A stretch of 63,371 nt of DNA, filler included, from a bacterium UBP13_UBA5359 (GTDB taxonomy: Bacteria > UBP13 > UBA5359): the NCBI GenBank assembly GCA_002410925.1. It is 3 parts of 3 records of this genome, joined end to end, with 100 filler letters (N's around TTAATTAATTAA, not from the genome) between each part and the next. Parts side by side here need not be neighbours in the genome. Positions count along the whole stretch, not along the records: positions 10,236 to 32,851 come from DHPR01000014.1; 2 more parts are not named here. One strand, written 5' to 3'. How positions within the stretch are numbered: position 1 is the first letter of the stretch; each line of letters starts with the position of its first letter. The notes beneath the pieces are model-generated. The model saw only the letters and a program-made list of their open reading frames with translations. It was not told where the DNA came from and made no database searches. The position numbers and the translations under genes were made by a program. This document shows, in pieces, positions 19,736-30,375 of this stretch.

Positions 19736-21076
19736 ATGCGTTATCTGCCCGTTACCCCGGAAGACCGGGCTGAGATGTTATCAAGGCTGGGGCTTGATGA
19801 AGTAGAGCAATTGTATGCCGATATTCCTGGTGAATTAAGGCTGAAACAGGGGCCGCATTTACCACCGGCTCAATCTGAAACAGAGCTTGAACGGCACTTT
19901 GCCGAACTGGCTGACGCCAACCGGAAGCAGATCTGCTTTATGGGCGGCGGGGCTTATGATCATTACATCCCTGCACATATCGGAGCCATACTTGGGCGGT
20001 CAGAATTTTACACGGCTTATACTCCATATCAGCCGGAGATCAGCCAGGGTATGTTGCAATCAATTTATGAGTATCAGACCGCCATCTGCCGGCTGACTGG
20101 TCTGGAGGTCTCTAACGCATCTATGTATGACGGCGCCGGCGCCCTGGCTGAGGCTGCTCTTATGGCCTGCGATATCACGGGGCGCGGCAGAGTAGCCGTA
20201 TCTGCCGGAGTCCATCCCGAGTACCGTCAGACCTTGGCCACATATCTTCATGGACAGGGGCTTGAGCTTCAGGTGCTGCCGCTGCAGAATGGACATATCG
20301 ATCTGCAGAGAGCACTTGCAGCTACGGATGATGAATTGGCTGCTCTGGTTGTTCAGACTCCCAATTTCTTCGGCTTGCTGGAAGAGGATATACCGGCACT
20401 GCGTGAGAAATTATCCGAGCATAAAGCTCTGCTGATAATCTCTTCCGACCCTATATCTCTTGGTATCTGCCGTACCCCTGCGGAGTGGGGTGCGGATATA
20501 GCGGCCGGAGAGGGGCAGCCGCTGGGGCTTTCCCTCAGCTTTGGTGGGCCATATCTGGGCTGGCTGGCCTGCCGCAGTAAATATCTGCGGCGCATGCCCG
20601 GTAGAATAGTGGGAGCTACTGTGGATCATGACGGACGTTCTTGTTACGTCTTGACGCTGCAGGCACGTGAGCAGCATATTCGCCGGCAGCGAGCTTCCTC
20701 CAACATCTGCAGTAATGAGGCGCTGATGGCCCTGGCGGCCACCATCTATCTGGCCAGCCTGGGACCGCAGGGGCTGTCTCGGGTTGCCGGCCAATGTTTG
20801 GACAAAGCGGTTTATGCCTGCGAAAAGCTATCCACTCTGCCGGGATGTAGCCGGACCTTTAGCGGGCCATTCTTCAGGGAATTTGCCTTGACGCTTCCCG
20901 GGGATGCAGAGGAAGCCTTCTCCTGGATGGCGGAACATGGTATAGCCGGCGGTCTGCCGCTGGGACGCTTCTATCCGGGCATGAAGAGAGAGATGCTTTT
21001 TTGTGTTACCGAGAAGAGAAGCCGGAAGGAGATCGATATGCTGTCGGAGGTGTTGGCGCAATGGCTGAGAAGCTGA
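19736..21076 (+). CDS. gcvPA: Glycine dehydrogenase subunit 1
   Basis: [30 protein letters not shown]...SNICSN. Confidence 0.96.
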   Translation: MRYLPVTPEDRAEMLSRLGLDEVEQLYADIPGELRLKQGPHLPPAQSETELERHFAELADANRKQICFMGGGAYDHYIPAHIGAILGRSEFYTAYTPYQPEISQGMLQSIYEYQTAICRLTGLEVSNASMYDGAGALAEAALMACDITGRGRVAVSAGVHPEYRQTLATYLHGQGLELQVLPLQNGHIDLQRALAATDDELAALVVQTPNFFGLLEEDIPALREKLSEHKALLIISSDPISLGICRTPAEWGADIAAGEGQPLGLSLSFGGPYLGWLACRSKYLRRMPGRIVGATVDHDGRSCYVLTLQAREQHIRRQRASSNICSNEALMALAATIYLASLGPQGLSRVAGQCLDKAVYACEKLSTLPGCSRTFSGPFFREFALTLPGDAEEAFSWMAEHGIAGGLPLGRFYPGMKREMLFCVTEKRSRKEIDMLSEVLAQWLRS

Positions 21077-22494
21077 TATTCGAAAAAGGTTCTTCCGGAC
21101 GGAGTGCCTTCTCTCTGCCGGAATTGGATGTACCCGAAACAACGCTGCCGGAGAGGTTGCGACGCCAGGAGCCACTTCGGTTGCCGGAAGTGAGCGAGCC
21201 CGAGGTGGTGCGGCATTATACCAACCTCTCCAGGCTCAATTATGGGCTGGATCAGGGCTTCTACCCCCTCGGCTCCTGCACCATGAAATATAATCCTAAA
21301 ATAAATGAGCTTCTGGCCGCCATGCCGGCCTTTACCGGAGTTCACCCATATCAACAGGAGAAGTATGCTCAGGGATGCCTGCGTCTTTTATATGAGCTGC
21401 AGGATATGCTGGCCGGCATTACCGGTATGAAAGCTATGACACTGCAGCCGGCTGCCGGTGCGCACGGCGAGTTGACGGGAATGCTCATGGTCAAGGCTTA
21501 TTATGAAGCTCTGGGGCAGACTCGCGGCCGAGTTATAGTGCCGGATTCCGCTCACGGCACCAATCCTGCCACTGCCGCCATGTGCGGTTTTGATGTGGTG
21601 GAAGTTGCTTCCAATGCCAGAGGCGGGGTGGATATGGTGGCACTGGATAAGCTTATGGATGATAATACAGCCGCCATTATGCTTACTAATCCCAACACTT
21701 TGGGGCTATTCGAAGAGGAGATCCTGGATATAGCTGCTTTGGTGCACGGTCGCGGCGGGCAGCTCTATTATGATGGAGCCAATCTGAATGCTATCATGGG
21801 TTGGGCCCGTCCCGGAGATATGGGCTTTGATGTTATTCACTTGAATTTGCACAAGACATTTGCCACGCCGCATGGCGGCGGCGGCCCGGGTGCCGGCCCG
21901 GTGGGCGTGGCCGAACATCTGATACCCTTCCTGCCTGTTCCTGTAGTGGTCCGTGGCAGTGAAGGATACGAACTAGATTATAAGCGTTCTCAGAGCATCG
22001 GTCGCGTACGTTCCTTTATCTGTAGCTTTACCGTTTGCCTCAAGGCATATGCCTATATTCTATCTATGAGTTCCGATGGCTTGCGTCAGGCGGCGGCCGA
22101 TGCCGTACTGAACGCCAATTATCTGCAAGAGCGGCTGAAGGAAGCTTACAAGCTGCCTTACGACCGGCGTTGCATGCACGAATTCGTCCTGTCTGCCCTT
22201 CGGCAGAAGGAAGAGAGCGGCGTCAGGGCCATAGATATTGCCAAGCGCCTGATAGATTACGGCTATCATCCGCCCACCATGTATTTCCCTCTTATCGTTC
22301 AGGAAGCGTTGATGATAGAACCGACGGAATCGGAGAGTCTGGAAGGCTTGAACGCCTTTGTTGAAGCTTTACTGAAGATTGCTGAAGAGGCTGAAGAAAA
22401 TCCCGATCTTCTGCGTGCGGCTCCTCACGTTACGCCGATCAGTCGTCCTGATGAAACCCAGGCGGCCCGGCAGCCGAATATCTGCCTGGATTGA
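21061..22494 (+). CDS. gcvPB: Glycine dehydrogenase subunit 2 (start ATG 21061)
   Basis: [32 protein letters not shown] lysine in HLNLHKTF. Confidence 0.96.
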   Translation: MAEKLIFEKGSSGRSAFSLPELDVPETTLPERLRRQEPLRLPEVSEPEVVRHYTNLSRLNYGLDQGFYPLGSCTMKYNPKINELLAAMPAFTGVHPYQQEKYAQGCLRLLYELQDMLAGITGMKAMTLQPAAGAHGELTGMLMVKAYYEALGQTRGRVIVPDSAHGTNPATAAMCGFDVVEVASNARGGVDMVALDKLMDDNTAAIMLTNPNTLGLFEEEILDIAALVHGRGGQLYYDGANLNAIMGWARPGDMGFDVIHLNLHKTFATPHGGGGPGAGPVGVAEHLIPFLPVPVVVRGSEGYELDYKRSQSIGRVRSFICSFTVCLKAYAYILSMSSDGLRQAAADAVLNANYLQERLKEAYKLPYDRRCMHEFVLSALRQKEESGVRAIDIAKRLIDYGYHPPTMYFPLIVQEALMIEPTESESLEGLNAFVEALLKIAEEAEENPDLLRAAPHVTPISRPDETQAARQPNICLD

Positions 22495-22498
22495 GAGT

Positions 22499-22533
22499 AA
22501 AAAGAGAGAGGCTCGGAGCGGCCTCTCTCTTTT
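22499..22533 (+). terminator. Intrinsic terminator after gcvPB
   Basis: AAAAGAGAGAGGC...GCCTCTCTCTTTT inverted repeat. Confidence 0.85.
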
Positions 22534-22609
22534 GCTTGTTGCTTCAGCTTACCTGCTTTGCTATACTAGCAGGCGTTTGATATAAGGTAATGCAGGTAGG
22601 CATAGTTTA

Positions 22610-23785
22610 ATGAATCTTATCAAGAGCTTTATAGCCAAGCGCTATTGGGTCTATCTCTTCCCCTGGCTGATGGATTTCTCTCTGGCCGCATTTCTTCTCT
22701 TTGCCGCAGTTCGGGCGGCACAGTTGGGTGCCAGTCCGCTGATTATAGGTCTGCTGGGCTCTACCTGGGGGGTTACCTATACCCTGTCCAGCCTTATTCT
22801 CAGTCGGTATGCTCATCAGAGCAGGGCAAATTTTCTAATGACGACAGGCTGCCTGGCGTTTATCATGATAACGATTATCCTTGCCTTCTTCAATTCTCTG
22901 CCAGTCCTCTTTATCCTTATGCCGGTATGCGGCATGTTCAATTCGGCTTTTTTTGTCGGCTTTCAGCTCTTTATGGGAGAAAGCACCGGTATGACTCCTG
23001 CTGAAAGTGCCGCCGTGTATACTATAGCCTGGAGTTCAGGCTTTGCTTTCGGTTCACTGGCCGAGGGCTACCTTATTGAGATGGGAACCGTTGCTTCCCT
23101 GGCACCGATGATCTGCAGTTCGGCCGCTGTTATTGCGGGAATTTGTTTGCTCGGGTATTTGGACAGCCGGCGGGAACAGCCCGCTATGCTGAACAAGGTG
23201 AATGAACCTCATCATACTGATGAAACAGAGAGCAAGAGCTCTGCAGGTATTTCTGTTGCTATAGGCTGGATAAGCATCTTTACTGTAGCACTGATCGGTA
23301 GCGGTTTGCGATTCCTGCTTCCCAAAGTTGCCATAACTTTCTTTAATCAGCCGGCGGCGGTAGCCGGAGGGCTGGTCTTTGTGTTGCTGTTGATACAGGC
23401 CATATCGGGTATCGCTTTTCTCAGATTTCCTGGCAGCACTTGCAACTTGAGCTCGCATGCCCTGGCTAAGTTTTTGGCGGTAACCGGATGTTTGTCAGCA
23501 CTCTCTTTTTCGCATGTTTGGGGCTTGCTGGTCCTGGTTCTGCTGGTGGGAGCGTACAGCGGACATGCCTATTATAAAGGGGTTTTTTATTCCCTTAATG
23601 ATTGGGAACGAAGCGGGCGCAACGTATCTATAAACGAGGCGCTGGTGGGCATGGCCGGTATTATCGGACCGACATTGTCCGGAGCTGCCCTTGGAGCTGG
23701 ACTGAAGCTCTTCTTTCTCTGCCCGGTAATTATTCTGGCGGCAGCCCTGCTGCTTCAATTGGCAACGGCTAAATATTTCCGATAG
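22610..23785 (+). CDS. MFS-type transporter
   Basis: About 12 hydrophobic segments in two halves around a central hydrophilic loop. Confidence 0.8.
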   Translation: MNLIKSFIAKRYWVYLFPWLMDFSLAAFLLFAAVRAAQLGASPLIIGLLGSTWGVTYTLSSLILSRYAHQSRANFLMTTGCLAFIMITIILAFFNSLPVLFILMPVCGMFNSAFFVGFQLFMGESTGMTPAESAAVYTIAWSSGFAFGSLAEGYLIEMGTVASLAPMICSSAAVIAGICLLGYLDSRREQPAMLNKVNEPHHTDETESKSSAGISVAIGWISIFTVALIGSGLRFLLPKVAITFFNQPAAVAGGLVFVLLLIQAISGIAFLRFPGSTCNLSSHALAKFLAVTGCLSALSFSHVWGLLVLVLLVGAYSGHAYYKGVFYSLNDWERSGRNVSINEALVGMAGIIGPTLSGAALGAGLKLFFLCPVIILAAALLLQLATAKYFR

Positions 23786-23879
23786 CCTGCCAGAGGATAT
23801 ATTCTTCTTTTTCTGCATAGCCTCTGGAAGGATCTCTTCGGTTGATGTATAATGCTTTTTAAAGAGGGTTTAAAAAGTA

Positions 23880-25091
23880 TTGAGCAGGGCAATTATGAAC
23901 GGAGTTAAAAATTCCAAACTGGTGCAAAGTATCAACCGCTTAGCTGTTCTGAAAGCCATAAGGGATCATGGGCAGCTCTCCAAGACAGAACTCTGCGAGG
24001 CTACCGGTCTGAGCCATCCTACAGTTGCCGCCATAGTGGAGGGCCTCTGCCGCGAAGGCTTTGTAGATGATGCCGGTTATGGCAATTCCAGCGGCGGGCG
24101 CAAGCCGGCTATTTTTGAGTTTAATCCCAGGGCACGTTATATCATTGGAGTGGACTTCAAACGTGATAATGTTGTTCTTGGCGTTGCAGATCTTGCAGCC
24201 TCAATAATAGAGCGAAGAACTATTGATAATCTGCCTAATGTGGAAGCTGTCGCTGACGGTATAGCTGCTCTGGTGGAAGAACTGGGGCGGGAACGTATAG
24301 TGAGTATAGGTGTCGGCGCAAGAGGTTTTATAGATGATCACACCGGTTCTTTGCAGTGGATTGCCAACACTCGGAAGACGAACATTCCTCTCAAGGAATT
24401 GCTGGAGAAGCGCACAGGCTGTGATGTTTTTATCGATCATAACTATAACCTGGCTGCTTTGGGAGAACGCAACTTCGGTGCCGGACGCAAGGCCAGGGAC
24501 CTTATTTATATTAACGTTGGCACAGGTATCAGCGCCGGGCTGATAATAAATGGTCACATTTACCGTGGCCGGCTGGGGCAGGCCGGGGAATTCGGGCATA
24601 CGGTAGTGGATATAAACGGCTCTCCATGCGAGTGCGGCCGCAAAGGTTGTCTGGAATCGCTGGTTTCCGGCGCCGCCTTGGCCAGGGCGGCGGTAGAAGC
24701 GCTGCAGCGGGGAGATAAAAGCAAGCTGGCGGATATAACAGAGGGCAATCTCTCACGTATAAGTGGAGTGCACGTAATTGAATGCGCAGAGAAGGGAGAT
24801 TCTCTGTGTCTTGAGCTGTCACGTCGTGCCGGAGAAATTTTAGGCGCCGGTATTATCAACCTTATCAATCTGTTCAATCCCGAGATGATTATTGTCGGCG
24901 GCTCGCTTATTCGCCCTGGCGGAGTTCTGATGAAGACGCTGGCTGAGACGGTGGATCGCGATGCCGACAGAGCTACCAGGCAAGATTTTAAGCTGGTTGC
25001 CTCGGAGCTGGGCGGCGATGCAGTTCTGATAGGCGTGGCTACTCTGGTTCTAGAAGATTGGTTGCAACTCACCCTTGAGGGTGTTAACTGA
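23880..25091 (+). CDS. ROK-family transcriptional repressor (NagC/XylR-like)
   Basis: N-terminal wHTH with SSGGRKP; GTGISAG, GEFGH, CECGRKGCLE. Confidence 0.92.
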   Translation: MSRAIMNGVKNSKLVQSINRLAVLKAIRDHGQLSKTELCEATGLSHPTVAAIVEGLCREGFVDDAGYGNSSGGRKPAIFEFNPRARYIIGVDFKRDNVVLGVADLAASIIERRTIDNLPNVEAVADGIAALVEELGRERIVSIGVGARGFIDDHTGSLQWIANTRKTNIPLKELLEKRTGCDVFIDHNYNLAALGERNFGAGRKARDLIYINVGTGISAGLIINGHIYRGRLGQAGEFGHTVVDINGSPCECGRKGCLESLVSGAALARAAVEALQRGDKSKLADITEGNLSRISGVHVIECAEKGDSLCLELSRRAGEILGAGIINLINLFNPEMIIVGGSLIRPGGVLMKTLAETVDRDADRATRQDFKLVASELGGDAVLIGVATLVLEDWLQLTLEGVN

Positions 25092-25112
25092 TGAGAAATA
25101 CGGGGGGTATAA

Positions 25113-26099
25113 ATGATGGCAAAGCGAGGTTTTGTGGATATCCAGGTCAATGGATATATGGGTATAAACTTTTCCAAAGAGAAGCTTACTTTAGATGAAG
25201 TTCGCCGAGTCACTCTGGATCTGTCGGCAAAGGGCACTATAGCATATTGTCCGACCATAGTGACCAGTTCCATGGAGATGTATCGCAAAGGCTTGGCAGT
25301 AATGGCCGAGGCCATGGAAGATCCCGAATTGTCAGGGCATATACTGGGAGTGCATCTGGAAGGACCCTTTATTTCGCCGGAGCCGGGAGCGGTGGGAGCT
25401 CACCAGCCTGAGTTTGTCAGAGCTCCCTCCATTAAGGATTTTGATCTCTTTTGGGAGTGGTCCCGAGGTAATATAGCCATCCTTACGGTAGCCCCGGAAA
25501 TGCCCGGTGCTGAGGAATTAATCAGGTATGCCGTGGGGAAAGGCATTACGGTAGCCCTGGGACATCATTTTGCCGATAATGCTTCCCTGGAAAGAGCTGT
25601 CGCAGCCGGAGCCCGCAGTTGCACGCACCTGGGCAATGGATTGCCAAATATGATACACCGCCATAGCAATCCTCTCTGGTGGCAGCTTGCCTGTGACGAT
25701 CTTTGGGGCACCTTTATAACGGACGGGCACCATCTGCCTCCATCTCTGATCAAGACCTCCTTGCGGACCAAAACGATCGATCGGACCATAGTTATAAGCG
25801 ATGCAGCCTCGCTGGCAGGGATGCCGGCCGGCAAGTATTATGATTTTGGCAAAGAAGTGATCATAGAAGCTACAGGGCGTATCTTCTGTCCGGAATCAGG
25901 CGGCTTAGGCGGTTCTCATTCCACTATGCTGGAATGCATGAACTTTCTGGCCTCACTCAATCTTTTAAGAGAAGCTGACCTCTGGCAGGTAGCCTGCACC
26001 AATCCTCTCAAGCTCCTGGGGAAGGATTCAAGCGTTCTGGACAAAGCAAACGGACCTGCGGTATATTTTGAAAACGACCGCTTTATAGTAGAAAGATAG
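25113..26099 (+). CDS. nagA: N-acetylglucosamine-6-phosphate deacetylase family amidohydrolase
   Basis: GFVDIQVNG, PTIVT, HLEGPFIS, TVAPE, THLGN, DGHH. Confidence 0.85.
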   Translation: MMAKRGFVDIQVNGYMGINFSKEKLTLDEVRRVTLDLSAKGTIAYCPTIVTSSMEMYRKGLAVMAEAMEDPELSGHILGVHLEGPFISPEPGAVGAHQPEFVRAPSIKDFDLFWEWSRGNIAILTVAPEMPGAEELIRYAVGKGITVALGHHFADNASLERAVAAGARSCTHLGNGLPNMIHRHSNPLWWQLACDDLWGTFITDGHHLPPSLIKTSLRTKTIDRTIVISDAASLAGMPAGKYYDFGKEVIIEATGRIFCPESGGLGGSHSTMLECMNFLASLNLLREADLWQVACTNPLKLLGKDSSVLDKANGPAVYFENDRFIVER

Positions 26100-26159
26100 G
26101 AAGGGTCACTTGAAAAAGTGAAGGCACATTTGTATAGGCGAACGCACCCTGAATGCAAT

Positions 26160-26345
26160 TTATGCCGATAAAACAGCAAAACGGGGGCCCCCAAGGGAGC
26201 GAAGAATTACGCCATTAGGTTGAATCGGTTTGGCATCAAATTTGTCCAAAGCATCTTGCCTATGGAAGAACCTAAAGGTTTCGTAAGGCATTTTGCTAGC
26301 CAATTTCTTCCTGGCATAGGAATTGATGTGATTCATCATTAATCC
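26160..26345 (-). pseudogene. IS30-like transposase C-terminal remnant
   Basis: Manual translation LMMNHINSYARKKLASKMPYETF...IQPNGVILR resembles the NHINSxxRKxL...PYE tail of IS30-family transposases. Confidence 0.6.
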
Positions 26346-26410
26346 TGGTCAGGCCGATTTTATCTGGTCGGAACTTCGGTGCCGTGTTATAATAAAACTG
26401 TTGCAAAAAT

Positions 26411-26486
26411 GCGCCCGTAGCTCAATGGATAGAGCATCAGACTTCGGATCTGGGGGTTGGGGGTTCGAGTCCCTCCGGGCGTGCCA
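26411..26486 (+). tRNA. tRNA-Arg (anticodon TCG)
   Basis: GCGCCCG acceptor stem, anticodon arm TCAGA-CTTCGGA-TCTGG, GGTTCGAGTCC T arm, encoded CCA; TGTTATAAT upstream. Confidence 0.95.
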
Positions 26487-26561
26487 GATCAAGCTTCTTA
26501 TTTTAATAAACCATGTTATCTTAAAATAAGCGCACGCTTATTTAATTTTTGACAGAAAATC

Positions 26562-26660
26562 GTGAAAAGATCTTTACAGAGGTGATATGTAACGGCAGCT
26601 ACTATCGGGGAGGAGATACAGGCTTTTATTCCCACTCTGTTGCCGCCTGACCCTCAGACT
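26562..26660 (+). pseudogene. N-terminal remnant of a Fic-family protein with in-frame stop
   Basis: Manual translation MKRSLQR*YVTAATIGEEIQAFIPTLLPPDP resembles the G-E-x-x-x-A-F-V-P-x-P-L-P-P start of Fic proteins. Confidence 0.55.
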
Positions 26661-26763
26661 GAAGGGTTCCCCATATCACTGCGTTTGATACGGGAGATGC
26701 ATGCTATTCTTCTTAGCAAAGGCCGGGGCCGATGGCGCCGATAATATGTAAGGGCGGATCACT

Positions 26764-27804
26764 ATGTCTATTGAAAATTTCCATTCCCTGTTCGAACCCC
26801 AAGACATTGCCGGCATTCCCGAAGCCTGGCAAGATAACCTGGAGACTGCTGCTGCCGGCTTCCCCGGAGCAGAGAGGCTGAATTTCCTGTGCCGGGATTT
26901 TATCCTGGCGGCCAATGATACGTTGCTGCTGCCGCCGGATGCTGTGAAAGCGCTGTTTCGAGCCGTCGACCTGATTCGCCGGGATGAGAAGCTGGCCCGG
27001 CTGGCCTGGCTGTGGCGAGAGATCTTTCTGAAAAAGGCAGAGGATACGCCGTCGCTTGCTCCGTGGCCGTTGCCGATAAAAGCTATGGGGTCGGCTGCTC
27101 CTCTCTTTTCCGCCGCCGTGCTGATATCCATGCTGCCGTCGGCGTTGGAATTTCATCGCCAAAGAGGGGTGCCGGAGGAGATCAGCAAGGCCACCTTCCG
27201 TGACTTTTACATCTGGTTACAGGATTATTATGATAAGCACGGCCGATGGGGGCTGGCAGGAGTTAATTGGCTGCTGCTGCAGCTGAGAGGAGAGCTCTAT
27301 CGTCTGGGCAGGCTACAATTCTGCGGTGCTCTCTTTGGGGAGCCGGTTGCAGAAGGCTTCCTGCCCGAATTGGCGCCAATTCCCCAGCCGGGCGATCCCG
27401 TGCTGGCAGTGCACATACCGGCCGACGGCAAGCTGGATCATGAACAGTGTCGCGCCTCCTATCTGGCGGCGCTGGAATTCTTCCCCGCACATTTCCCGGA
27501 GATACCGTTTGATGCCTTTACCTGCCACTCCTGGTTGCTGGACCCGGAGCTGCGCAAAATTCTGCCGGAGAGCAGCAATATCATCATGTTTCAGCGCGAT
27601 TTTCATATTTATTCCATCCAAGACGACGACCGGCAGATGTTCGAGCGAGTGTTCGGAGATCGGCCGGCCGATCTCTCCCAGGCTCCCCGGGACAGCACTT
27701 TACGCCGGGCCATACTGGATCATCTGCAGGCCGGTAACAGCATGCATAAAGGAATAGGCTTTATTCTCAGGCAGGAGATAGAGGCGCTTAAATCTGCACC
27801 ATAG
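26764..27804 (+). CDS. Acyltransferase-domain (DUF5596 / GNAT-like) protein
   Basis: LYRLGRLQF, VHIPADGKL, FTCHSWLLDP, SNIIMFQ, LPRDS-like PRDSTLRRA. Confidence 0.75.
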   Translation: MSIENFHSLFEPQDIAGIPEAWQDNLETAAAGFPGAERLNFLCRDFILAANDTLLLPPDAVKALFRAVDLIRRDEKLARLAWLWREIFLKKAEDTPSLAPWPLPIKAMGSAAPLFSAAVLISMLPSALEFHRQRGVPEEISKATFRDFYIWLQDYYDKHGRWGLAGVNWLLLQLRGELYRLGRLQFCGALFGEPVAEGFLPELAPIPQPGDPVLAVHIPADGKLDHEQCRASYLAALEFFPAHFPEIPFDAFTCHSWLLDPELRKILPESSNIIMFQRDFHIYSIQDDDRQMFERVFGDRPADLSQAPRDSTLRRAILDHLQAGNSMHKGIGFILRQEIEALKSAP

Positions 27805-27983
27805 TTCTCCCCGGCCGAACAGCAGGCAGAGCGCCGCAAAATGCGCTACTTCATCGACATGACCTTTTTGTCATTGCTACAGTTTAATTATGCTTATAGT
27901 TTCTACATCTTTGTTGACTTCCAGGCAACTTTTGTGTATTGTTAGTTAACAAATCATTCTCTTGTTTAAGGTGGAAAGATACC

Positions 27984-28538
27984 ATGAATCTAGTTGCTCT
28001 TGCACAACGTATTGGGCGTCTGCGGAAGGAACGCCAATTAACTTTACAGCAGATCGCCGATCTAACCGGACTGACTAAAAGCATGCTTTCAAAGATAGAG
28101 AACTTTCGGATTACACCATCCCTTCAATCGTTAGGCTCTATTGCTGCTGCGCTGGGAGTTACTACTGCAGAGCTTCTGGATGGTCTTGACGATAAACCGA
28201 GTGTGGTGGTACTCAAGGAAAGAGAGCGCCTGCTTATGCGGCGTGATTATCCGCAATCCAGCCTGATTTATCAGGCGCTTGCCCATACTCGCCCCAACAA
28301 GCTGATGGAGCCATTTATTGTAGAGGTGCCCGTGGGTAGTATGAAGAGAGCCCCTCTTTCTCATGAAGGCGAAGAGTTCTTTATAGTTCTTCAAGGTAAT
28401 ATCGATTATGAGTATAACGATAAGCTTTTCCATTTGCAGGAAGGGGATGCCGTCTATGCAGATGGGAATACCAAACACCGCCTTGTAAATACCGGTGCTT
28501 TGCCGGCTAAGGCGTTGATTGTCTTTGCAAAGCAGTAA
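27984..28538 (+). CDS. XRE-family regulator with cupin domain
   Basis: RIGRLRKERQLTLQQIADLTGLTKSMLSKIEN; HEGEEF...GDAVY...H. Confidence 0.9.
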   Translation: MNLVALAQRIGRLRKERQLTLQQIADLTGLTKSMLSKIENFRITPSLQSLGSIAAALGVTTAELLDGLDDKPSVVVLKERERLLMRRDYPQSSLIYQALAHTRPNKLMEPFIVEVPVGSMKRAPLSHEGEEFFIVLQGNIDYEYNDKLFHLQEGDAVYADGNTKHRLVNTGALPAKALIVFAKQ

Positions 28539-28617
28539 TAGAGGGAAGTCGTTGCAGCGGCTGTGAGCTGCGTGATTTGCCGGAGTCAAAGCTGAAAATA
28601 TAAAGGAGGAATACCGC

Positions 28618-29502
28618 ATGGCAGTCAATTGGATTAATCCTTATGCCAATCGAGAAGGCACCTGGAAGAAAGGGAATCTTCATACTCACACCAGCCCGGC
28701 AAGCGGCTGCGGCAGAGTTTCTCTCGGCCAAACGCTGGCCTTCTATGAAAATGAGGATTATGATTTTTTATCGATCAGCGATCATATGAAACTAACTCAG
28801 GCAAAATCAGATCGGTTGATAATGATTCCAGGAATAGAATGGAACCGCCCGGATGGCGGTGGGCATGTCGGGCTATACAGTTGCACTCCAGGCACCATAG
28901 AACCTGCCATAACTATCAACGATCAGGAAGAACTGTTGGTTAGGCTTCCCTGCCGGGATTCTCTGCTTATTCTCAATCATCCAAGCTGGCAGCTTCGCCC
29001 GCACTACCGACGTGAAGAGCTACTGGCTCTGTCAGGTTATGATGGGATAGAGGTTTTTAACGGCGTGATCAAGCGTTTAGAAGGCTATGAGCTTTCTACC
29101 GACAAATGGGATTATTTGCTCTCTAACGGAAGGCGAGTTCTGGGGTTTGCCAGCGATGATTTCCACATTAAAAATGATTTGTACGCAGGATGGAACGTAG
29201 TCAGAACGAAAGATGTATCCTCAGAGTCCATATTTACTGCCTTGAAATCGGGCAACTTTTACGCGTCAAGTGGGGTGATACTGGCGGATATTTACCGTGA
29301 AAATGATCATATCACTGTGGAGAGCGTAAATGGGGAGGAAATTCAGGCGATAGGCCATGACGGAAGAGTGCTTCAAATAGTGAAAGACCGCTGGATAACC
29401 CTGGATATCAGTAAATGGGATACCGGTTATATTCGTTTTACAATTTATGGCATGGGATCATCCATGGCTTGGACACAGCCCTTTTTTAATCTTGAAGCAT
29501 GA
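28618..29502 (+). CDS. PHP-domain metallohydrolase (CehA/McbA-like)
   Basis: WKKGNLHTHT, SDH, NHP, GIEVFN, SDDFH, GNFYASSG; AAGGAGG RBS. Confidence 0.85.
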   Translation: MAVNWINPYANREGTWKKGNLHTHTSPASGCGRVSLGQTLAFYENEDYDFLSISDHMKLTQAKSDRLIMIPGIEWNRPDGGGHVGLYSCTPGTIEPAITINDQEELLVRLPCRDSLLILNHPSWQLRPHYRREELLALSGYDGIEVFNGVIKRLEGYELSTDKWDYLLSNGRRVLGFASDDFHIKNDLYAGWNVVRTKDVSSESIFTALKSGNFYASSGVILADIYRENDHITVESVNGEEIQAIGHDGRVLQIVKDRWITLDISKWDTGYIRFTIYGMGSSMAWTQPFFNLEA

Positions 29503-29661
29503 AGAATAAGGGATACCAACGCTTAATAACAAGAGCCGATAAAAACGCCGGAGGAAGGTTGAGGAGGCCATTATGATGTAAGTTATGCTGTAAATGATAA
29601 AAATAAAGAAAAAGCAGCTCCCGGTAAAACCCCGAAAGCCGCTTCAATAAAGGATCTCAAA

Positions 29662-29737
29662 TGGTGGGTCGTAGAGGGATCGAACCTCTGACCTTGGGAT
29701 TAAGAGTCCCCTGCTCTACCAGCTGAGCTAACGACCC
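29662..29737 (-). tRNA. tRNA-Lys (anticodon CTT)
   Basis: Reverse complement GGGTCGTTAGCTCAGCTGGTAGAGCAGGGGA-CTCTTAA-TCCCAAGGTCAGAGGTTCGATCCCTCTACGACCCACCA. Confidence 0.95.
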
Positions 29738-29830
29738 GGACACATTGCAAGTGCGTTAAAAATATTATCACATTCAAAAGCGTTTGTCCAGTTTGTTTTA
29801 AGGGTATATCCATCTAATGGAGGTGTTCAA

Positions 29831-30076
29831 ATGGCTACAGAACCGAGCGATCATAACGTTCAGAATCCCATACATATACCAGCCAGAGAAGAGGATTATA
29901 TCTGGTCTGAAGGTGACCTCTCTCTTTTTGAAGGAGCGGAGCGGGTAGAGGATGTCTATGATTTGGATGGTAACTACGTCGGCTCCATGGTCTACTGGCC
30001 ACAGGAAGCTGGGCAGGAAGGTGAAGTCGAATGGGTGGATGCTGAGGATCTTAAGGGCGAAGTAGAAGAGCGTTGA
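29831..30076 (+). CDS. Small, highly acidic hypothetical protein (81 aa)
   Basis: GGAGGT RBS; about 23 D/E versus 4 K/R. Confidence 0.65.
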   Translation: MATEPSDHNVQNPIHIPAREEDYIWSEGDLSLFEGAERVEDVYDLDGNYVGSMVYWPQEAGQEGEVEWVDAEDLKGEVEER

Positions 30077-30300
30077 TTTCATTAACAAGCAAGCGTAAGC
30101 GCCTATCAAATCTATACCTGCGCCAGATAATGTTCAACGGCGTTCCCCTCTTCAGAGTATCAGCATCTTCTTTGAAAGGATACCAGTATGCACTTAAACG
30201 ATAATAGCTAACAGCCTGGAGTTTGCTTATCAGCCTGGCCAGGTCTTCAATCAGCAAGTCCCTGCTCGTAGGCCTTTCAGGCGTTTCAATGCTAAATAGC
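30075..30300 (-). pseudogene. Abi family (Abi_2, AbiD/AbiF-like) N-terminal remnant
   Basis: LQAVSYYRLSAYWYPF...GT...YRFDRRLRLL; truncated before the HEPN region. Confidence 0.75.
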
Positions 30301-30375
30301 TACTGTAAAATTATGGAGCTTTGGCTGAAGAAGCAATGTGTCAAGTGTAAAGAGTTGACCCTATTTGCATCCCTG

